Program-made: the position numbers and the translations under genes
Origin: Stegostoma tigrinum
Lineage: Eukaryota
Reading direction: 5' to 3'
NCBI RefSeq assembly: GCF_030684315.1
Contig: NC_081391.1
Location: 21,164,629-21,228,628 of the forward strand
Length of the DNA: 64,000 bases
Notes under the pieces: generated by a model
Told to the model about the DNA's origin: nothing
Seen by the model: only the letters and a program-made list of their open reading frames with translations
Database searches by the model: none
Shown here: positions 22,530 to 39,822 of the stretch, one piece after another
Position numbering within the stretch: the first letter of the stretch is position 1
Layout of the letters: each line of letters opens with the position of its first letter

Positions 22530-23691
22530 TGACCAAACAGGTAGATGAGAGAAAACCGGTTGATGTGGTGTATATGGATTTCGGCAAGGCTTTCGATTAG
22601 GCTCTTGTACAAAATACGGAGGAATGGGATTGTGGGAGATATAGCAGTTTGGATCAGAAATTGGCTTGCTGAAAGAAGACAGCGTGGTGGTTGATGGGAA
22701 ATGTTCATCCTGGAGACCGGTTACTCGCGGTGTACCGCAAGGGTCGGTGCTGGGTCCACTGCTGTTTGTCATTTTTATAAACGTAGAAGGATGGGTTAGT
22801 AAATTTGCAGACGACACGAAGGTCGGTGGAGATGTGGATAGTGACGAAGAATGTTGTAGGTTACAGAGAGACGTAGATAAGTTGCAGAGCTGGGCTGAGA
22901 GGTGGCAAACGGAGGTTAATGCGGACAAGTGTGAGGTGTTGTACTTTGGTAGGAGGAACCGGAAGGCAAAGTACTGTAAGATTCTTGGTAGTGTAGATGA
23001 GCAGAGAGATCTCGGTGACCATGTACACAGATCCTTGAAAGTTGCCACCCAGGTTGACAGGGTTGTTAAGAAGGCATACAGTGTTTTAGCTTTTATGAAT
23101 CCAGGGATCATGTTCCGGAACCAAGAGGTTATGCTGCAGCTGTACAAAACTCTGGTGCGGCCGCACTTGGAGCATTGCGTACAATTCTGGTCACCGCGTT
23201 ATAAGAAGGATGTGGAAGTTTTGGAAAGGGTGCAGAGGAGGTTTACTAGGATGTTGCCTGGTATGGAGGGAAAGTCTTACGAGGAAAGGCTGAGGGACTT
23301 GAGGCTGTTCTCGTTAGAGAGAAGAAGGTTGAGAGGTGACTTAATTGAGACATATAAGATAATCAAAGGGTTAGACAGGTTGGATAGGGAGAGCCTTTTC
23401 CCTAGGACGGAAACGGCGAGCACGAGGGGGCATAGCTTTAAATTGAGGGGTGAAAGATATAGGACAGATGTCAGAGGTAGTTACTTTACTCAGAGAATAG
23501 TAAGGGTATGGAACGCTTTGCCTACAACGGTCGTAGATTCACCAACTTTCAGTACATTTCAGTCGTCATTGGACAAGCATATGGACGTACGTGGAATAGT
23601 GTTGGTTAGATGAGCTTCAGATCGGTATGACAGGTCGGCACAACGTCAGGGCCGAAGGGCCTGTACTGTGCTGTAATGTTCTATGTTCTAT
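22530..23691 (+). mobile_element. CR1-a copy (segmentally duplicated)
   Basis: ORF 22666-23613 (GVPQGSVLGP, FADD); same AACATA flanks. Confidence 0.93.
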
Positions 23692-24898
23692 AACATAAAA
23701 GATTAATGCATTTTGGTTGAGAAACATAGAAAGACAAAACAGGCTCGATGTTACAAATCTGAGGTGAGTACGGGAGCAGAGGGACTTTGGGTTTCAAGTA
23801 TGTTATTATCTGAAAGTGGCCGAGCGGGACTAACCTGCTATGAAGAAGGCTTTTGTGAAATGTGTGTTTTCAAATAGATGCGGAGAGTATAAAAGCGAGG
23901 AATAGATGTTACACCTCCACAAATCATGGGTTAGACCACATTTGCAGTACTGTGTTCAGTTCTGGGCATGGTATTTAAGGAAGGACATTAAAGCCCTCGA
24001 CAGAGTTCAAAGGGCATTTACGAGAATGACACCAGGAATGAGGGATTTTAGATACAAGGAAAGATGAAGGAAATTGGGATAAATCTCCTTGAAGCATAGT
24101 TGATTAAGAGGTGTCCCCGTTGAAGTGACAAAAATAATGAACATTCTGGCAGGGTAAAGGAGGATATCCTGTTTTCACCAGTTGATACGGCAGTGATGAG
24201 GGGTCACAATTTGTCAGTAAGGGAGCTCTGAGATGAGGACAAACCTCTCTATTCAGAAGGTTGTTAGGATTTGGAATCTGATGCCTGGGAGAGTGGCGGA
24301 GGTAGATCCCATAGGTGGCTTCAAAACAAGAGCTGGATATATACTTGGGAGTGACGAATATAGAGGGTATAGGGCTGGAGAGGGCGACTAGGTGGGTAGC
24401 TCTTTCGGAAGCCGATACGGACATGATGGGCTGAATGGCCTCTGTCGTTAAAAATCCTCTGAATGTCCACCCAGGAACTTTTGTAAATTTTGGGTTTGTA
24501 TTCCTCTCAGTCTTAAATGTCCAACCCAGTCCTCTTACATCAGGATACCCTGATCCTGGACTCCCCCATCATTGGGAACATCCTTCCTGTCCTTGCCCCG
24601 TCTGATCCTGTCACAGTTTTCTATGACCCAGAGCCAATTTGCCACCTTTCTGTCTCATATCCCAGCACAACAGGCTGAGAAGCTGACACCTCTTCTTCAT
24701 TGACTTCCTCGTGCAGTTTGTCACAACCACCTTAATTTAGAAACAAAATGTTAAAGCTTTTTTCAATTGCCAGTCATCATCAGTTCTGCCCTTCTCTGTG
24801 TCAGTGCGGGATGGCCCCCAGGAGTATAAATACAGAGCTTGTCGGGGAGCAACTCAGTTCTAGGGTGGTCTTGGTTTTAATGAACAAGGCTAGTGATG

Positions 24899-27307
24899 AT
24901 GGCCTCCCAAGTGTGTCAGAATTACCACAAGGACTGTGAGGATGCTGTGAACAAACAGATCAACCTGGAGCTTTATTCCTCCTATGTTTACCTCTCCGTG
25001 GTGAGACTTGTGATCTTGAATGGTCTATTTCAGTGTTAGGGCTGTGATATGATTGTACTGAGCCTTTAAGTGGCTTCTTGCTCAATGATTTAGTACTACC
25101 ATATATCGTGTCTGTTGTCCTTCCTGGAATGAATCCTGTGAGTGCTCTTAATACTAATTCTGTAGCAATTTTAAGCTTGTCTTGTGTTGGAGCTGGCTCT
25201 TGTCTAGGAGTCCCCAGTATGTTGTAATTCTGGGCAGAGCACATTTTTGGTGCTGAGGGATGGCCTGGTTCTGCTTCTTAATTCAACTCCTCCTTCCATG
25301 TTGATATCAATGGCCCATTTATATTTGAAATCATTTACATCCTTGTGGAAGCCTGCATCAGTCCAAATCTAACTTTTTATATCTTGTCCTTTTAATGAAG
25401 CCTTTTTTTTAATAAACATCCTAACTGTGATTAACTACTGGAAATAAAAGACTAAAATGAGCTGCTGGAAAAGCTTAGTGGGTCTGGTAGGATCTGTGGT
25501 GAGAAATCAGTTCCTGTTTTTGGTCCAGTGACCTTTCCTTCATGGTTTTTAGTTGCTAATTATGAGGAGCAGACTTTTTCCACTCCCAAGATGGATTATC
25601 TGGAACAAAAATCAGTCACTGTCTCTTGTGCAGATGAGGTGTTAGGACAGTGGGGCTAAATCAGATGAGTGATGTTGGTAATGTGAGGAGCTCAGATTTC
25701 AGCTTCTCTTGGTCAACATGCACATGTCCCTTCATTCAGTTGGACAATGCCCTGATTGGCTTCCAGCACTGGGTAATAGTGTTTCTGACCTGCAGTGCAG
25801 GGATGTCTAATGCCTGTTGCCAGCTGTGACCGTCACCGTGCACTGTCTCACCAAGTCACCGACCAGCGGTTGTAGCGGGTGCTACTTAATCTTTATTTCT
25901 AGATGTTTGAACAAATATCTGTCTAGTTTAGTTTATGGATGACCATAAATGTAAATACCTGTCTTCTTACTGTCCATCTAACTTCCATTTCGTGAGCAAA
26001 ACCAAGCTGAATTGAGTGAAATTTACTTCCCATTTTGTCTGTTTGCAGTTCTCTCTCTTTGACCAGGATGATGTTGCCCTCCATCACTTTGCTGAGTTCT
26101 TCAAGGAGCAGTCCCATGAGGAGCGGGAACACGCTGAGAAACTGATGGCATTCCAGAATAAACGTGGAGGCTGAGTCCTCCCGAGGACATCAAGGTTGGA
26201 TTCTGAGAATGTCTGTCTGTTTGCAGCTTTTTGAGCAGCTACAATCGACTGGTATCTCCATCTATTTAGCTTCAGGATTGATCAAATACTATGTCAAGGG
26301 CAAGTTGTTCACCAAAACAGGATTTGTTTAGGGAAAAGGGAAATACTTTGCATTTGTGACTCAATAGCAGAAGGCAATTCAGATGATCCAGGCTACTGGA
26401 TGGTGAGCACATGTCCCTGTATGTGACTCTATATGGACAAGGTGAGGTAACAAAAGGTAAGGCTGAGAACTTGCAGCTACAAAAAGCAGCAGCATCCAAC
26501 CTCACTACATCCAGAAGAGGTTTGTAATGCCTTGGGACCATTCTGGTCACTACATCAAACAGTAAAGCAAGGGATTACTTCCATTGCGACTGATTCTAGA
26601 TACGACTTCTTTCAGAATTCACAGTAACAGTGGGATATGTTAACATTTCTTTATTTTCAGACCAGCATAAAATCTAGAGGGTTTTTGTATCCAAGTAAAA
26701 TTTTTTGTCTGAATGTAACCCCTGGAAATGATGAGGGATAACTAACTGATCAGATGTAGACTAATGATACAACTGCCTGCTGAGCTGTGCTTTCTGTTCC
26801 TGCTTCCCTCGCTTCAGAAGCCAGAGCAGGATGAGTGGGGCAATGGTCTGGAGGTGATGCAGAGAGCTCTGCAGATGGAGAAGGATGTGAACCAGAGTCT
26901 GCTGGATCTGCACAAACTTGCCTCTGACCACATAGACCCTCATGTGAGGTTTTATCCCTTTCCTGGAAGAAAGTGATCTGTTTGTGTACTTCCAGGGTGG
27001 GGAATCCAATTATTTTTCTATCTGCCTCCTGCAGGATGTTTAAACAAAACCTTGTGAAGGCATCACTTGCATGCCCCTCCCCCATAGTGAGGTGATGGTC
27101 ACTTCTGTCATGGGAGGTCACTGACATTTTTTGATCCTTGTTGGATTAATTTTGTCTTCCAGCTGTGATTTCATGGAGAGGCACTACTTGGATAAGCAAG
27201 TGAAGATGATCAAGAAGCTGGGAGATCACATCACCAACCTGAAGAGACTGGGAGCCCCTGACAATGGCATGGGAGAGTACATGTTTGACAGGCTGCCACT
27301 CCGTTGA
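24899..27307 (+). pseudogene. Ferritin pseudogene, type A (copy 4)
   Basis: Exons 24899-25000, 26049-26194, 26818-26943, 27163-27307. Lesions: TGA at 26172; 1-bp deletion near the end of exon 2 (ctcccgagg); 2-bp deletion at the start of exon 4. Confidence 0.93.
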
Positions 27308-29698
27308 ATGGGGTCAATATCTATATCTGTTGTACATGGTGACCTCATTCTACTAAATGACTAGTTGTTCTCTGAGCAAATTAAAAGAGTGTTCACCATG
27401 GAACTGAGTACAGTGTGTAATTTTCATAGCTTCTGGTTCTTGGAGGTTTTTTGTGTTTTAACATCTGGTAATCAAATCCATTTTCTGTTCTTTCTTGCAA
27501 CCTTTGATTCAATGCCTGCCCCAGTAATTTGCTCGGTGTTTGCTTCTGCTGAGAGTCTGTAGGGATTGAGTGGGCAATCTTGTCCTTGGAAATGCCACAA
27601 CTGGCAAATATCTGCATTGCAGACAATGCCAGAACAAAATCTGTCCTCAGCTTTCCCAGGACAATTTTTCAGGACCAGCTTCGGCTCAAAACCATGACTG
27701 AAATCTGTCCTGTGCCTAAACATTAGGCATTGCCAAGGCCCGTCCATTCATTCAATCTTCAGCATTTTTGGAAAAACCAAGCTGACACTGGAAACCAGGA
27801 ACAAAAGCTGCTGGGAAATCTCAGGTTTGGTAGTGAGAAGTGTTGAACAGAACCGGGACACGAGACACGTGTTTATCTCTTGACTGATTTTGTTGCCAGG
27901 CCATGAGGTGTTTTGCACCTACTTGTTCTCTTGCTTAAATCTTACTGACTTTAATAGGTCACAAAATTCCTCATTACAAGGATATAAAGTTGACCAATCG
28001 TGCAAGGTACACCTGCTTTTCTGCAATTGCTTACCATTTACATGTTTCCTGAGCTAGAGAATTGTTTCTCTAGTATGTCCTTTCCATTCAGTAGAATGAA
28101 AGCTCTGCTTTCTCCCTGACAATGCTAATGACTATGGCCTCTATTAGGCAATGAAGCAGTGCCCACCTTCTAAAGCATCTGCTGTAACTCCTGTCCTTGC
28201 TCTGCAATGCAAAGGTGACAAATGCTGAGGACACCTGATGACAATAAAGCAAAAACCAAAATACCACTTGCAGAAGTCAGTAGTTCCAATTTCCTTTACA
28301 TTTAATTGTGAAGAAAATCAGCTTTCTGATGTAATCTGGCCTCCATGTGGCTCCACACACGCTGCATTGGGTCTAGCTCATTGCTGTCAATCACAATCAG
28401 TCACTGGTTTCTAATGGGTGACCACTGACAATTCCTTGACAGGATAAGGATGTCACTGACCAGGCAGCATTTATCCTCTGTCTGAACTGCCCATGGGCCC
28501 ATTAGTCAACTACAGTGCTTTAGGCTTGGTGTCATATACTGGCCAGACCAGGTAAGGATGGCAGTTTGGCAGTTCCCTTCCCTGAATGACTTCAGTGAAA
28601 AGGATATTTTATTCAGACTAGGAATTGCATGCTCATTTTTAGGTTCATAATGCCCAAAGAGAGTTTTTCAGACAGAATCAGGACAATGGGCCTCAGTCCC
28701 ACACTCCAGAAGCTTAACAGTTGCCAGCTCAGAGCAGCCACGAGATTCACTCCTTCCACCACTGACACACAGGGACTGCAATGTGTACTATCACCAAATG
28801 TTGTAGAAATCCACCAAAGCTCCCTAGACAACACCTTCCAAAGCCCCCATTACTTGCCATGGGACAAGGGCAGCAAATACATGGAACACAACCGCCTCTA
28901 AGTTCTACACCAAGCCATTCACCATCCTGAGTTGGAAACATGGTCCCATTCCCCTAGTGTGCTGGATCAGAATCCTGGAATTCCCTCCCTAACAGCATTG
29001 GGGATCTGCCTACACCAAATGGGCAACAGCAATTCAAGAACGCAAGCCACCACATTCTCTCATCTAATGTTCGGCCTGATCTCCGAGGGTTTCAACTACC
29101 TCTGGCTGATGGTTCTTTTGTGAAATTGTCAAGTTCTAGCTCAACCACAGCTGGAGTGCTCAGTTCTAACAGCTTCGACCCAAAGATGGTTATGCACAGA
29201 ATTTCTGCAATGAACTTGGACAGAGAGCTGGTTCATTGATGATAACGGTTTGTCCCAGTCCCTCTGTGTAGAAGGTTAAGGGATGGCTGTGTTTGAAATT
29301 TCAAAGAGGATTAATGGATTTGACAGAGTGGACAGACAGAATCTGTTTCTTGTCTATGGTCATTGAGGACTGTGTGCAAAATAGGATTATAATTTTCACA
29401 TTACAACTAAATCATCCAGGATAGTGTCAAAAACAGCTTCTTTGTGGAGAAGATAATATGTGCACGTGCTGTTAGATATTTATTGGGTAAGGCTTGACTT
29501 TGACAATCACTTTCTAATTTCAACACTAAAAATATGTGAATAACACATTTTGTTTGAGAAACATAGAAAGACAAAACAGGCTCAATGTTACAAATCTGAT
29601 GTGAGTACAGGAGCAGAGAGACTTTGGGTTTCAAGTATGTGATTATCTGAAAGTGACCAGCCAAGATGATGCTGTTATTGAGAAGGCTGTGGTGAACC

Positions 29699-30888
29699 AA
29701 GCATGTGGATGAGGGAAGGGCAGTTGACGTGGTGTACATGGACTTCAGTAAAGCCTTTGATAAGGTTCCACATGGTAGGCTATTGGAGAAAATACAGAGG
29801 CAGAGGATTGAGGGAGATTTAGCAGTTTGGATTAGAAACTGGCTTTCTGTAAGAAGGCAACGAGTGGTGGTTGATGGAAAATATCCAGCCTGGAGTCAGG
29901 TCACTCGTAGTGTGCCTCAAGGATCTGCTTTAGGACCACTGCTGTTTGTCATTTTTATAAATGACTTGGACGCAGGCATAGGTGGATGGGTTAGTAAGTT
30001 TGCAGATGACACTAAAGTCGGTGGAGTGGTGGACGGGGTGGAAGAATGTTGCACGTTGCAGGGAGACTTGGATAAACTGCAGAATTGGGCTGAAAGGTGG
30101 CAAATGGAGTTCAATGCAGATAAATGTGAGTTGATTCAATTTTGGGGGAATAACAGGAAGGCAGAATACCGGGTCAATGGAAAGATTCTTGGCAGTGTGG
30201 ATGTGCAGATGGATCTTGGTGTCCATGTACATAGATCCCTGAAAGTTGTCACCAGGTTGATAATGCTGATAAGAAGGCTTACCGTGTGTTAGGTTTTATT
30301 GGTAGAGGGATTGAGTTCCGGAGCCGTGATGTCATGCTGCAACTGTACAAAACGCTAGTGCGGCCTCATTTGGAATATTGCGTGCAGTTCTGGTCACCCC
30401 ATTACAGGAAGGATGTGGAAGCATTGGGAAAGGTGCAGAGGAGATTTACCAGGATGTTGCCTGGTCTGGAGCGCAGGCCCAATGAAGAAACGCTGAGGGA
30501 CTTGGATCTGTTCTCATTGGAGAGAAGTAGGCTAAGAGGGGATTTAATAGAGACATACAAGATGATCAGAGGATTAGATAGGGTGGACAGTGAGAGTCTT
30601 TTTCCGAGGATGATGACTTCAACTTGTACAAGGGGGGCATAGCTACAAATTGCGGGGTGATACATTTAAGACATTTGTCAGAGGCAGGTTCTTTGCTCAG
30701 AGAGTGGTAAGGGCGTGGAAAGCACTGCCTGCCAATGTAGTTAACTCAGCCACGTTAGGGGCATTTAAACAGTCCTTGAATAAGCATATGGATGGTGACG
30801 GGATTGTGTAGGAGGTGGGGCTTGGATTAGCTCACAGGTCGGCGCAACATCGAGGGCCGAAGGGCCCGTTCTGCGCTGTATTGTTCTA
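29699..30888 (+). mobile_element. CR1-b copy, frameshifted
   Basis: ORFs 29705-30292 and 30286-30642. Perfect TGAACC TSD (29693-29698, 30889-30894). Confidence 0.93.
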
Positions 30889-33003
30889 TGAACCTTGTGT
30901 TTTCAAATTGAGGCATCGAGCATAAAAGCAAGGAATTGATGATACCCCTCTACAACTCATTGGTTAGACCACATTTGCAGTGATGTGCTCAGTTCTGGGC
31001 GTGGCTTTTAAGGAAGTGCATGCAAGCACTGGACAGAGTTCAAAGGTGATTTATAATAATGACACCTGGAATGGGGAATTTCAGACACACGGAAAGATTA
31101 AAGAAATAGCGCTTATTCTCCCTGGAGCAAGGAGCACTTGTTGAAGTGATCAAAATTATCACCAATTCTGTCAGGGTAAAGGGGGATATTCTGTTTTCAC
31201 CAGTGGATACGTTAGTGACGAGGGGTCACAATTTGTCAGTGAGGGAGCTCACAGTGAGAGGAGGAGAAACCTCTTCACTCAGAAAGTTGGTAGGGTTTGG
31301 TATGCGTAGCTGACAGGAGTGATGGACGCAGATTCCGTAGGTGGCTTTAGAAAAGCAGCTGTATACATATATGGAAGTGGCAAATTTAGAGGGATACAGA
31401 CATAGGGCTGGAGAGTGGGGCTGGGTGTGGAATGCTTTCAGAAGCTGAATCAGGCACGATGGGCCAAATGGCCTCCTATCATTAAAAATCCTCTGCATGT
31501 TCCCCCAGGAAATTCTCAGAGTTTGGAGAGGGCCTTTGTACTCCTCTCAGTGGGCACCTGTACAAGGCACCTTTAATGTGGGAAAGCTGTTACACATCAG
31601 CAGAGACATGGTCCTTTACACAAGGTAGACCCAGTTCCACTGGCAAAGAAATGTTGACTGGGGATCCCCCAACTGCTGACCTTCACCCACCGTCACAGCC
31701 AACGATAGCACACGCCTATCTTCCACCTGGATGGCCGTTGGGAACTTGTTTTGCATTGCACTTTACCAGGACCTTCCCCTCGATCGTACTGTCCTGGGTG
31801 GCCCTGCCAGGAGGTGAAATCCTCTTCAGGTATCACTCTCAGAACCAACAGAACACTCGAGGCTCTCCATCACTGCGAGGTGACAATCCACAGGCAGGAG
31901 CTGGAGGCAGGGAGATGCTGCTCAGGTACAGACCCATCACAGAATCGGAGAATTGTTGTGGCACAGCAGGCGGCCATTCGGTCCTTTGTGCCTGTACCTG
32001 TTCTGGTTGTTTTCTAATTCTGCCTGTAGAGATGTTACAAAATCTCTGGATCTGGTATGGACTTGGACCAAGGCTTCCTGGTCCACAGCTAGGGACATTA
32101 CCCCTGCATCACAATACCCTGGCTGCACTGGTTGTACAAACTTAGAATCATCGAAAAAAAATTGTTGGATTCGGCCATTCAGCCCCCTCCAGACTGCTCT
32201 GCCATTCCATGTGATTGTGGCTGATTCCATAACTCAGTCCCATCTTCCCACTCTCTCTCCATACTCTTTGATCCCTTCAGCCCTCAAAGCTACACCCAAC
32301 TGCTCCTGGAAAACATTCAAAGTTTTGGCCTCAAATGTTTTCTGTGGCACAGAATTCCACAGGACCCCCACTCTCTCGGTGAAGAGATTTCTCCTCATCT
32401 CAGTCCTAAATGTGTCCTTAGGCTGTGACCCCTGATTCTAAACTTTTCCATCATCAGGAACATCCTTCCTGTCTTTTCCACAGCTGACACTATGACAATT
32501 TTCGATGACCCCGAGCCAATTTCCCACCTTTCTTTCCCAAATCCCAGCACAACAGGCTGAGAAACTGACACTGCCCTTCCTCAATGAGTCCCTTGTGCAG
32601 TTGATCACAACCACCTTAATTTAAAAACAAAACGAGCAATCTTTTCTCAAACCATATTTACTTCTTTTAAAAAAGAACCAAATAACACACGACCTGAGTG
32701 AGTGGTGCAGAAGGTTTGAGATGCCGAATGGCCTCCTGCTGTTCCAATCACAGAATAACCATCCAGACCTGGCTCTCATCTCCACCTCTGATCAGCTCTG
32801 CTTAACACACCCTCCCCCTCTCTCTCATTGGTGCCTGTATGCATGGGTGGCTCCTGATTGGCTAGCAGCAACTGTCAGTCATCATCAGTTCGGTCTCCCT
32901 CTGGGTGAGTGCCGGTTGTCTCAGGAGTAGAAACACAACAGCTTTGGGGATTGAGGCCTTAGTTCCAGAGTTGTCCTTGTGATTGTGAGCAGGAATAGTG
33001 AAG

Positions 33004-35396
<2,393 letters not shown>

Positions 35397-38300
35397 ATGG
35401 GGTCAATATCTATATCTGTTGTACATGGTGACCTCATTCTACTAAATGACTAGTTGTGCTCTGAGCAAATTAAAATAGTATTCACCATGGAATTGAGTAC
35501 AGTGTGTAATTTCCATAGCTTCTGGTTCTTGGAGCTTTTTGTGCTGTCATGTCTGATCATCAATCCTTTGTTCTTTTGTGACATCCTTTGATTCAATGCC
35601 TGCCCCAGTAACTTGCTCAGTGTTTGATTCTGCTGTGTCTGGGGATTGAGTGGGCAATCCTTTTATTGGAAATTCCATAACTGGTAAGGTTGTTGACAGA
35701 TAAGTCAGCATTACTGACATCCACTCGCAGGGACAAGTTTGCAGGACCAGCTTCCAATCAATGCACTGACTGAAATCAGTCCTTTGCCTAAAGGGTAGGC
35801 ACTGATCTAATGCACTGCCCTTGGTCATGTGTTTGGGTCTCTTTTTAAATAAGCAGATTCTGGAAACCAGGATCAAAACCTGCTGGGAAATCTCAGGTTT
35901 GGCAGCATTGGGAGGGAGAAGGGTTGAACAGAACCTGGCCATGAGACACGTGATCATCTCTTGTTTGATTTTGTTGCCTGACAGTGAGGTGTTTTCCAGC
36001 AATTTGTTCTAATGCCTTGGTGTTACTCATTTTCGTAAATCGTAAAATTCCTCCTCCCAAAGAGTAAGATAGAATGCTTTTCCGCAGTTTTTTTTCTTTG
36101 ACATAAGCAATTGCTTATTGCACTCTTCCCTGAGCTAGGGAATTAGTTTCTTCAGTATCTCCTTCTTACATGTAAGAGAAAGGAAACATCTACCTTGTCT
36201 TACAATGCTAAAGATGATGAGGAACTGCGTTGGGAATGAAGCAGTGCCCCCCCCTTGTTGCCTGTGTGATAATTTCTATTATTACCCTGCAACGAAGAGG
36301 TGACAAATACTGAGGATGCTTGGTGCAAAAGCAAGCTAAAATGCAACGAGCATGTGCAGAAATCAGCAGTTTCAATTTTCAAGCAGATCAGATCGCCTGC
36401 TGTCGACTGGCTGATCTGTGACTCCACACAGTGCACGCTGGGGGCCTAATCACTATCAATCAGCCCTGAATTACAATGTGACTGGTTTGTGTAAGTGCTT
36501 TAACAGGATCAGGCTATCACTGACGGGCAGCATTTATTATCCATCTCTGATTACCCACCCAGCCCATGAGTAATTCAAATTAAACCCCTTTGCTGTGGCC
36601 GTGGGGTTACACATAAGCCAGAGCAGGTAAGGATGGCAGTTTCTTACAAACAAGGACATTAGTGAACTAGAAGAGGCTTGTTTGCACCATCACTTCTGGA
36701 ATGAGAATGATGTGCAGGAAATTCAGTGATGTCAGACAGAATCAGGAAAACAGGTTGCAGTCTAACACTACAGAATGTTGACAGCCTCCAGCAAACGAGC
36801 AGCCACTTTAGTCAATCCTTCCACCACTGACATACGCAGAGACTGCAATATATACCATCTACCAAATGCTGTAGGAATCCACCAAAGCTCCTCAGACAAC
36901 TTCTTAAAACCATAACTACTTTCCATCGGACAAGGGCCGCAGAAATGTGGGAACACCATGCCTCTCCACGTTCTACACTAAGCCACTGCTCATCTGGCGT
37001 TGGAAACATAGCCCCACATTCCCTCCCTAACAGCAGTATGGCTTTGCCTACACCAAATGGGCAACAGTAACGCAAGAAGGAAAGTCACCACGTTCTCGAA
37101 ACTAATGTTAGCCCTGATCTCTGAGGGGTTCAAATACCTCTGGATGGAGAGGTATTGGTGAAATTGTCAAGTTCCTGTTCAACCACAGCCGGAGTGCACA
37201 GTTCTGGCAGGTACGACCCCGACAATGGTCATGCACAGAATTTCTGGAAGTAACCTGGACAGAGAGATGGTTAATTCATCATAATGGCTTGTCCAGTCCC
37301 TCTGTGTAGAAGGTTAAGGGATGGCTGTAACTGATATTGTTCAGAGGACTAACGGATTTGACAGGGTAGAGAGGAAAGAACCCATTTCTTCTCAATGATC
37401 ATCTCGGACTGTGCGTAGAATGGGATGACAATCTTCACATGAGAACTACATCATCCAGGATCATGTCAAAAACAGTTACTTTGTGGAAAGGACAACATTT
37501 GCACGCACAGATATTTACTGCACAAGGCTTGATGTTGCCAATCACTTTCCAATTTCAAGACATGAAAAAAAAAATGAGTAATGCATTTTTGTCCAAGAAA
37601 CACAGAAAGACAAAACAGGCTCGATGTTACAAATCTGATGTGAGTACAGGAGCTCAGAGGCTTTCGGTTTCAAGTATGCGATTATCTGAAAGTGGTCAGG
37701 CAGGATGAAGCTGTTATTAATGGAGATTGAGCCACCTATGTGAACCTTGTGTTTTCAAATTGAGGCATCGAGAATAAAAGCAATGAATTGATATTGCACC
37801 TGTACAAATCATTGGTTAGACCACATTTCCATTATGTACTCAGTTCTGGGCATGGCATTCAAGGCACGACATGAAAAACCTCAAAAGAGTTCAAAGGAGA
37901 TTTATTAGAATGACCCCAGGAATGAGGAATTTTAGATACACAGAAAGATGAAGGAAAATGGGCTAAATCTCCTTACAGGTGACCTTGTTGACATGATCAA
38001 AACTATGAACAATTTTGATAGAGTAAAAAGGATATTCTGATTTCAGCAGTTGACTTGTCAGTGACGAGGGGTCACAGTTTGTCAGTAGGGGAGATCAGAG
38101 TGAAATGGGAAGAAACCTCTTTGCTCAGAAAGTTGTTCGGATTTGGAATGTGCTGCCTGGAAGAGTGACGGAGGTCGATTCCATGGGTGGTTTCAAAACA
38201 AGAGTTGGATATGTCCTTGGAAGTGACGAATTTAGAGAGTGACAGAGATAGGGCTGGAAAGTGGGACTAATCAGGTAGCTCTTTCAGAAGCTAATACAGG

Positions 38301-39643
38301 AACGGTGGGCTGAACGGCCTCCTGTTGTGAAGAACGCTCTGAATTTCCACCCAGGAAATTCTGAGAGTTTGGGGACGGGGTTTGAATTCCACCTGTACAA
38401 GGCACCTTTAATGTGGGAAAGCTGTTACACATCAGCAGAGACATGGTCCTTTACACAAGGTAGACCCAGTTCCACTGGCAAAGAAATGTTGACTGGGGAT
38501 CCCCCCACTGCTGGCCAACACCCACTGTCACAGCCAACGATCGCACACACCTATCTTCCACCTGGATGGCCGCTGGGGACTGGTTTTGCATTGCACCTTA
38601 TCAGGAGCCTCCCCTCGATCGTACCGTCCAGGGTGGCCCTGCCAGGAGGTGAAATCCTCTTCAGGTATCCCTCTCAGAACCAACAGAACACTCGAGGCTT
38701 TCCATCACTGCGAGGTGACAATCCACAGGCAGGAGCTGGAGGCAGGGAGATTCTGCTCAGGTACAGACCCGCCACAGAATCGGAGAATTGTTATGGCACA
38801 GCAGGAGGCCATTCGGTTCTTTGTGCCTGTACCTGTTCTGGTTGTTTTCTAAATCTGCCTGTAGAGATGATTTAAGAGCTCTGGATCTGGTAGGAACTTG
38901 TACCAAGGCCTCCTGGTCCACAGCTAGGGTCATTACCCCTAAACCACAAGACCCTAGCTGCGCTGGTTGCAGAAACATAGGATCATAGAAAAGAAATGTT
39001 GAGTCGGCCATTCATCCCTTCCAGCCGGCTCTGCCATTCCATGTGATTGTGGCTGATTCCATAACTCGGCACCATATTCTCACCCTCTCTGCAATCCCCT
39101 TTGATCCAGCCCTCAAAGCTCTCCCCAATTCCTGTTTTGGCTTCAATCCTTTTCTGTGGCAGAGAATTCCACAGGTTCCATCACTTCGCCCCCCGAGGTG
39201 AAGAGATTTCTCCTCACCTCAGTCCTAAACGTATCCTTAGATTGCAAACCCTGGTCCTGGCCTCCCCCATAATCAGGAACATCCTTCCTGTCTTTTCCAC
39301 AGCAGACACTGTTATAATTTTTCTATGACCCAGAGACAATTTCCCACCCTTCTTTCCCAAATCCCAGCACAACAAGCTGAGAAACTGATGCCCCTCTTCC
39401 TCATTGAATCCCTCGTGCAGTTGCTCACAACCACCTTAATTTTTAAAAAATGTGTAACTTTTTTGAAACCAAATTGACTTCTTTTAGAAAAGAACCAAAT
39501 GATCTATGACCTGATTGAGTGCTGCAGAAGGTTTGAGATGCTGAATGGCCTCCGGCTGTTCCAATCACAGAATAACCATCCAGACCTGGCTCTCATCTCC
39601 ACCTCTGATCAGCTCTGCTTAACACACCCTCCCCCTCTCTCTC

Positions 39644-39753
39644 ATTGGTGCCTGTATGCAGGGGTGGTTCCTGATTGGCCAGCAGCAACTGTCAGTCATC
39701 ATCAGTTCTGCCTCTCTCTGTGTGACTGCAGGATGGTCCCAGGACTATAAATA
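39644..39753 (+). promoter_or_regulatory. Core promoter of copy 6: two inverted CCAAT boxes plus TATA
   Basis: ATTGG at 39644 and 39674; TATAAATA at 39746-39753. Confidence 0.75.
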
Positions 39754-39822
39754 CAAGAGCCTGTGGGAGAGAGAGACTTAGTTCTAGAGTTTTCTTGGTG
39801 CTTGTGAGCAGGAATAGTGAAG

